DNA of 49,122 nucleotides, from positions 1-49,122 of the forward strand of contig JAHFJA010000006.1 of assembly GCA_023246095.1 (NCBI GenBank). The letters are read 5' to 3'. Positions 46,172 through 49,122 of this stretch are shown piece by piece. The notes beneath the pieces were generated by a model. The model saw nothing but the letters and a program-made list of their open reading frames with translations, had not been told where the DNA came from and searched no databases. The position numbers and the translations under genes were made by a program. The number at the start of each line of letters is the position of its first letter. Position 1 is the first letter of the stretch. Source of the stretch: a bacterium (GTDB taxonomy: Bacteria > Patescibacteriota > Patescibacteriia > JACQRZ01).

Positions 46172-47599
46172 TTATACGTCTGATCGTCGAGATATGACCG
46201 CCCATGGAGTTTTGATGAGAATGGACAAATCCAGCAATAACGACCAGTTTTCAATATAGTACGTATCTAACCGCACTTCGTCCTCAAAGTCAAGGTCGCT
46301 ACGGCCACTAATTTGAGCAAGTCCCGTGATACCAGGCTTGATGGCAAATACTTTATGATGATGTTTCTGATACCCTGCAACTTGAACAGGCATGTGTGGT
46401 CGAGGCCCCACGAGGCTCATGTTTCCAAAAAACACATTAAAGAGTTGTGGCAACTCATCAAAACTCATACGTTCGATATATCGACCTACTTTTGTCCGAC
46501 GAGGGTCGTTGAGTACTTTGAAAACGGGGCCTTTTCGTTCGCTTTTTTCTTTTGCCAGTTTTAGCTCATACTCCCCTGCTTTGCCGGTGGCATCATACTG
46601 TGTTGGATTATTAGACGGCCCGGTACAATATTGGATATACATGGAGCGAAATTTATATACCAAAAAATTCCCTTTTGGACCAACGCGTTCGTTTTTATAG
46701 ACAGCGGGACCTTTTGATTCAAGTCGAACCGCAATTGCAACCACGATCATGATCGGAGAAGTAATGACAATTAGTAACAGTGAAACAATGATATCAAATA
46801 AGCGCTTGATGATTCTGCCCCATCCATCGAGCTTCGTTCGCTTGAGTTCAATCATAGGTAAACCCGCTATGGTGGTAATTTCAAAATTACGTCCACCCAG
46901 CAGATCAGCAGAATAGCGAACATTCAGATGCGAAACATCCGCAAAATCAAGAATTTCTTGAAATTCGTCATGAGACAGGTCGGTGTCCACAACAAATAAT
47001 TCTTCAAGGTTATTACTGCTTGCTAACGAAGAAAGTTGCGTTCGCGCCTTAACATCGAGTGTAGAAACGCGAGCTACTACCTTGTATCCAGCACCTACGT
47101 TTTCTTTCAAGCCGTCATATAGTTTTTTACTTTTGGAATCGCGTCCTATAAGAGCGACCTTATGAACACCGATGTCTTTTTTCAAAAGAAAATATCGGGT
47201 CGCCCTCAAGGTCAATCGAGCTAGGATAATAAAAGTAATACTTAACGCCCAAAATGCGAGAACAATTAATCGTGAGGAAAACAAATCAGGGATGAAAAAA
47301 ATAAAGAGAATTACCATCAAAATTGCCGAGGAACATGCGGTGATAATCTTTGGGATCTCATTCTTGATACGATAGAACCCTATTTCATAGAGACCGGAAA
47401 TCGCAAACACTAATAAATATCCGAGCGCAGCCAAAATGGTGTAATGAAGAAATTGCGGTAAAGCGATGGTATAAAGAACAGGCCGAACGTCTGATAAAGC
47501 TTGAAAACGTAAAAAATAACTTACCACGCCCGCCAGAATAAGCATGACAAAATCAACCGGTACGAGAATAGATGTAAAAATGAGATCAGCGCGTTTCAT
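46172..47599 (-). CDS. Polyprenyl glycosylphosphotransferase (WcaJ/CpsE-like sugar transferase)
   Basis: KRLFD, YKFRSM, DELPQL, GPRP and KPGITGLAQ motifs. Confidence 0.95.
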   Translation of the reverse strand: MKRADLIFTSILVPVDFVMLILAGVVSYFLRFQALSDVRPVLYTIALPQFLHYTILAALGYLLVFAISGLYEIGFYRIKNEIPKIITACSSAILMVILFIFFIPDLFSSRLIVLAFWALSITFIILARLTLRATRYFLLKKDIGVHKVALIGRDSKSKKLYDGLKENVGAGYKVVARVSTLDVKARTQLSSLASSNNLEELFVVDTDLSHDEFQEILDFADVSHLNVRYSADLLGGRNFEITTIAGLPMIELKRTKLDGWGRIIKRLFDIIVSLLLIVITSPIMIVVAIAVRLESKGPAVYKNERVGPKGNFLVYKFRSMYIQYCTGPSNNPTQYDATGKAGEYELKLAKEKSERKGPVFKVLNDPRRTKVGRYIERMSFDELPQLFNVFFGNMSLVGPRPHMPVQVAGYQKHHHKVFAIKPGITGLAQISGRSDLDFEDEVRLDTYYIENWSLLLDLSILIKTPWAVISRRSDV

Positions 47600-47624
47600 T
47601 GTGGAAGTTAAGTATTTGTTATGA

Positions 47625-48179
47625 ATACATTTACATTACGAGGTAAACCTATAAGCCGAATTCTGTCATACCCCCAAAGGGGCGGGGTGACCATCTCTCT
47701 TGCGATACTGTTGCCAGTACCGTCATGCGAGTGTTTATACTCTTGCACCTGGTAGGTGTTTGCCAAGCTGTTGTATCACTACAACACTGGTGCGCTCTTA
47801 CCTCGCTTACGCAAGTCAGCCATTCAAAAGGCTTCCGCACCTTTTCATCCTTACCTGTGCCCCGAAAGGCGTAGGCGGTATTTTATCAAAACATTTCTGA
47901 TTCGACCCCTCTTTTCGGGAGGGCTTTTCTGTTGCTCCGGTAGTTTTGAGGCCACCGAAACCAGTCTGAGACTGATACTATCCCGTGACTTGGTCATAGT
48001 ATCAAACGATCGAGTTGGGGTTTAATCCCCTTCTCTATCATAAAAGATTCTATGATTGCTTCAGGCCGTCGTTAACGGCTACCTCTTCCTTGGTTATACA
48101 CCAAGGGGTGTTCGGACTTTCCTCTATGACACTTGCGCGCCACAGCGATCACCCAGCTTACCTCGTAATGTCAATGTAT
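47625..48179 (-). ncRNA. rnpB: RNase P RNA, enlarged
   Basis: Minus strand contains GAGGAAAGUCCGAAC, GCAACAGAAAA, GGUAAGAGCGCACC and ACAGAAUUCGGCUUAU. P1 helix is extended to ~25 bp. Confidence 0.96.
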
Positions 48180-48192
48180 CATTATGTCCTTT

Positions 48193-48220
48193 ATTATACA
48201 GAAAAAGGTCATTTTGTCAA
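48193..48220 (-). promoter_or_regulatory. rnpB promoter
   Basis: TTGACA-16 nt-TATAAT on the minus strand. Confidence 0.75.
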
Positions 48221-48257
48221 GAAAAAGAAAGCCAGATAAATTGAAGTTATAAGCTTC

Positions 48258-48671
48258 TTACCTCCCCAAATGCTCGTCAATCGCCTCATTCACCAACCGA
48301 TCAGCATGCTTATTCTTCTCTCTCCCCACATGGGTAAACGTAATTTTTTTAAACTCCGTCGTAAGATTCCAAACTTGTATAAAAAGCTTAGCCAAACCAG
48401 GATCTTTGACTTTATATTCCTTTTTCATCTGTTTGACCACCAATTCGCTATCGAGATAGCACTCCACCTCGTCTGCACCTACATCGCGTGCACCTTCCAG
48501 GGCCATGATGAGCGCCTTGTATTCAGCCTGGTTATTGGTTGTCTCTCCAATATATCGTTTATATTCATGAATAATGTCAGTTGTGAGATCATGTACTACC
48601 GCACCGATCCCTGCGGGACCTGGATTTCCGCGCGCTCCCCCGTCGGTATATGTTGTTACTCTTTTTGACAT
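48258..48671 (-). CDS. rnhA: Ribonuclease HI
   Basis: TDGGARGNPGPAG, TNNQAEY, DSELV and NKHAD motifs. Confidence 0.94.
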   Translation of the reverse strand: MSKRVTTYTDGGARGNPGPAGIGAVVHDLTTDIIHEYKRYIGETTNNQAEYKALIMALEGARDVGADEVECYLDSELVVKQMKKEYKVKDPGLAKLFIQVWNLTTEFKKITFTHVGREKNKHADRLVNEAIDEHLGR

Positions 48672-49122
48672 AATCGCATATCGAGTAAATTAAGCTGTAA
48701 CTCTTGCTGACCATTCCACTCGTTGATATCTAATTCACATAGTATATCGACTATATCCCCTGTTTGAAAGTCCGCCGTCTGAACACCCAAGGAAAATCCA
48801 ATGGCACGGCGTTTCATCCCATCTTGTGAAAATGTACAACGGACGTGCTGGCCTGTTTTTCCAATGACAGACACGTGTTCTATGGTGACGTTTGAAATAT
48901 GGAAAATTGGTTTGGTATTACCTTGCCCAAACGGCTCAAGCTGGCTTATTGCATTTACCAATTCCCAGGAAACGTCGGTTAGAGTAATAGAGATATCGGC
49001 GCTAATGGACGGTCGCGTATCGGTAGACGAAAGTAAGTCAGAAATGTGAGGAGCAATCGTTGAACGAAATGTGTCAAATGATATCTCTTCTTTCAATGCA
49101 ATACCAGCTGCCGCGGCATGTC
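48656..49122 (-). CDS. recJ: ssDNA exonuclease RecJ, C-terminal part (runs off the window)
   Basis: Frame open to the window end: (G)HAAAAG DHHA1 motif, LEPFGQGN and INEWNG. Confidence 0.92.
   Translation of the reverse strand, partial: HAAAAGIALKEEISFDTFRSTIAPHISDLLSSTDTRPSISADISITLTDVSWELVNAISQLEPFGQGNTKPIFHISNVTIEHVSVIGKTGQHVRCTFSQDGMKRRAIGFSLGVQTADFQTGDIVDILCELDINEWNGQQELQLNLLDMRLCQKE

Noticed and set aside
47649-48244. Several short ORFs on both strands
   Set aside because: They overlap rnpB and its promoter.
1-49122. Alternative genetic code (TGA=Gly)
   Set aside because: Conserved genes are full length under code 11 and several end at TGA (tpiA, cysS, recJ).

Overview
Bacterial chromosome segment that looks like Patescibacteria/CPR (Parcubacteria-like). 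This is inferred from DUF4012 and DUF2207 proteins, Pro/Thr-stalk surface proteins, core genes mostly lacking Shine-Dalgarno sites, and TGA used as a stop codon. Housekeeping genes include ybeY, dgkA, ftsA, ftsZ, scpB, tpiA, rpmG, uppS, cysS, rplU, recR, dnaB, gltX, rnhA and partial recJ, plus four tRNAs and rnpB. Main finding: a ~10 kb integron-like platform between rpmG and uppS (12604-22754). A tyrosine recombinase lacking the IntI-specific insertion faces away from a co-oriented gene array punctuated by TAAC...GTTA hairpin sites. Individual genes are enclosed in their own inverted-repeat arms, whose mismatches are mostly A.C (G.T wobble on the bottom strand). The array contains an empty cassette, a gene inside a site hairpin, two cassettes built on one shared non-coding chassis, and site decay with distance from the recombinase. 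Also notable: tRNA-Tyr is split at position 35/36 by a 240-nt group I intron and overlapped by a frameshifted HTH/LAGLIDADG-like ORF; the RNase P RNA is enlarged (~520-555 nt) by three S-domain insertions; and there are two unannotated small-ORF transcription units. All calls were made by eye and no database searches were run.
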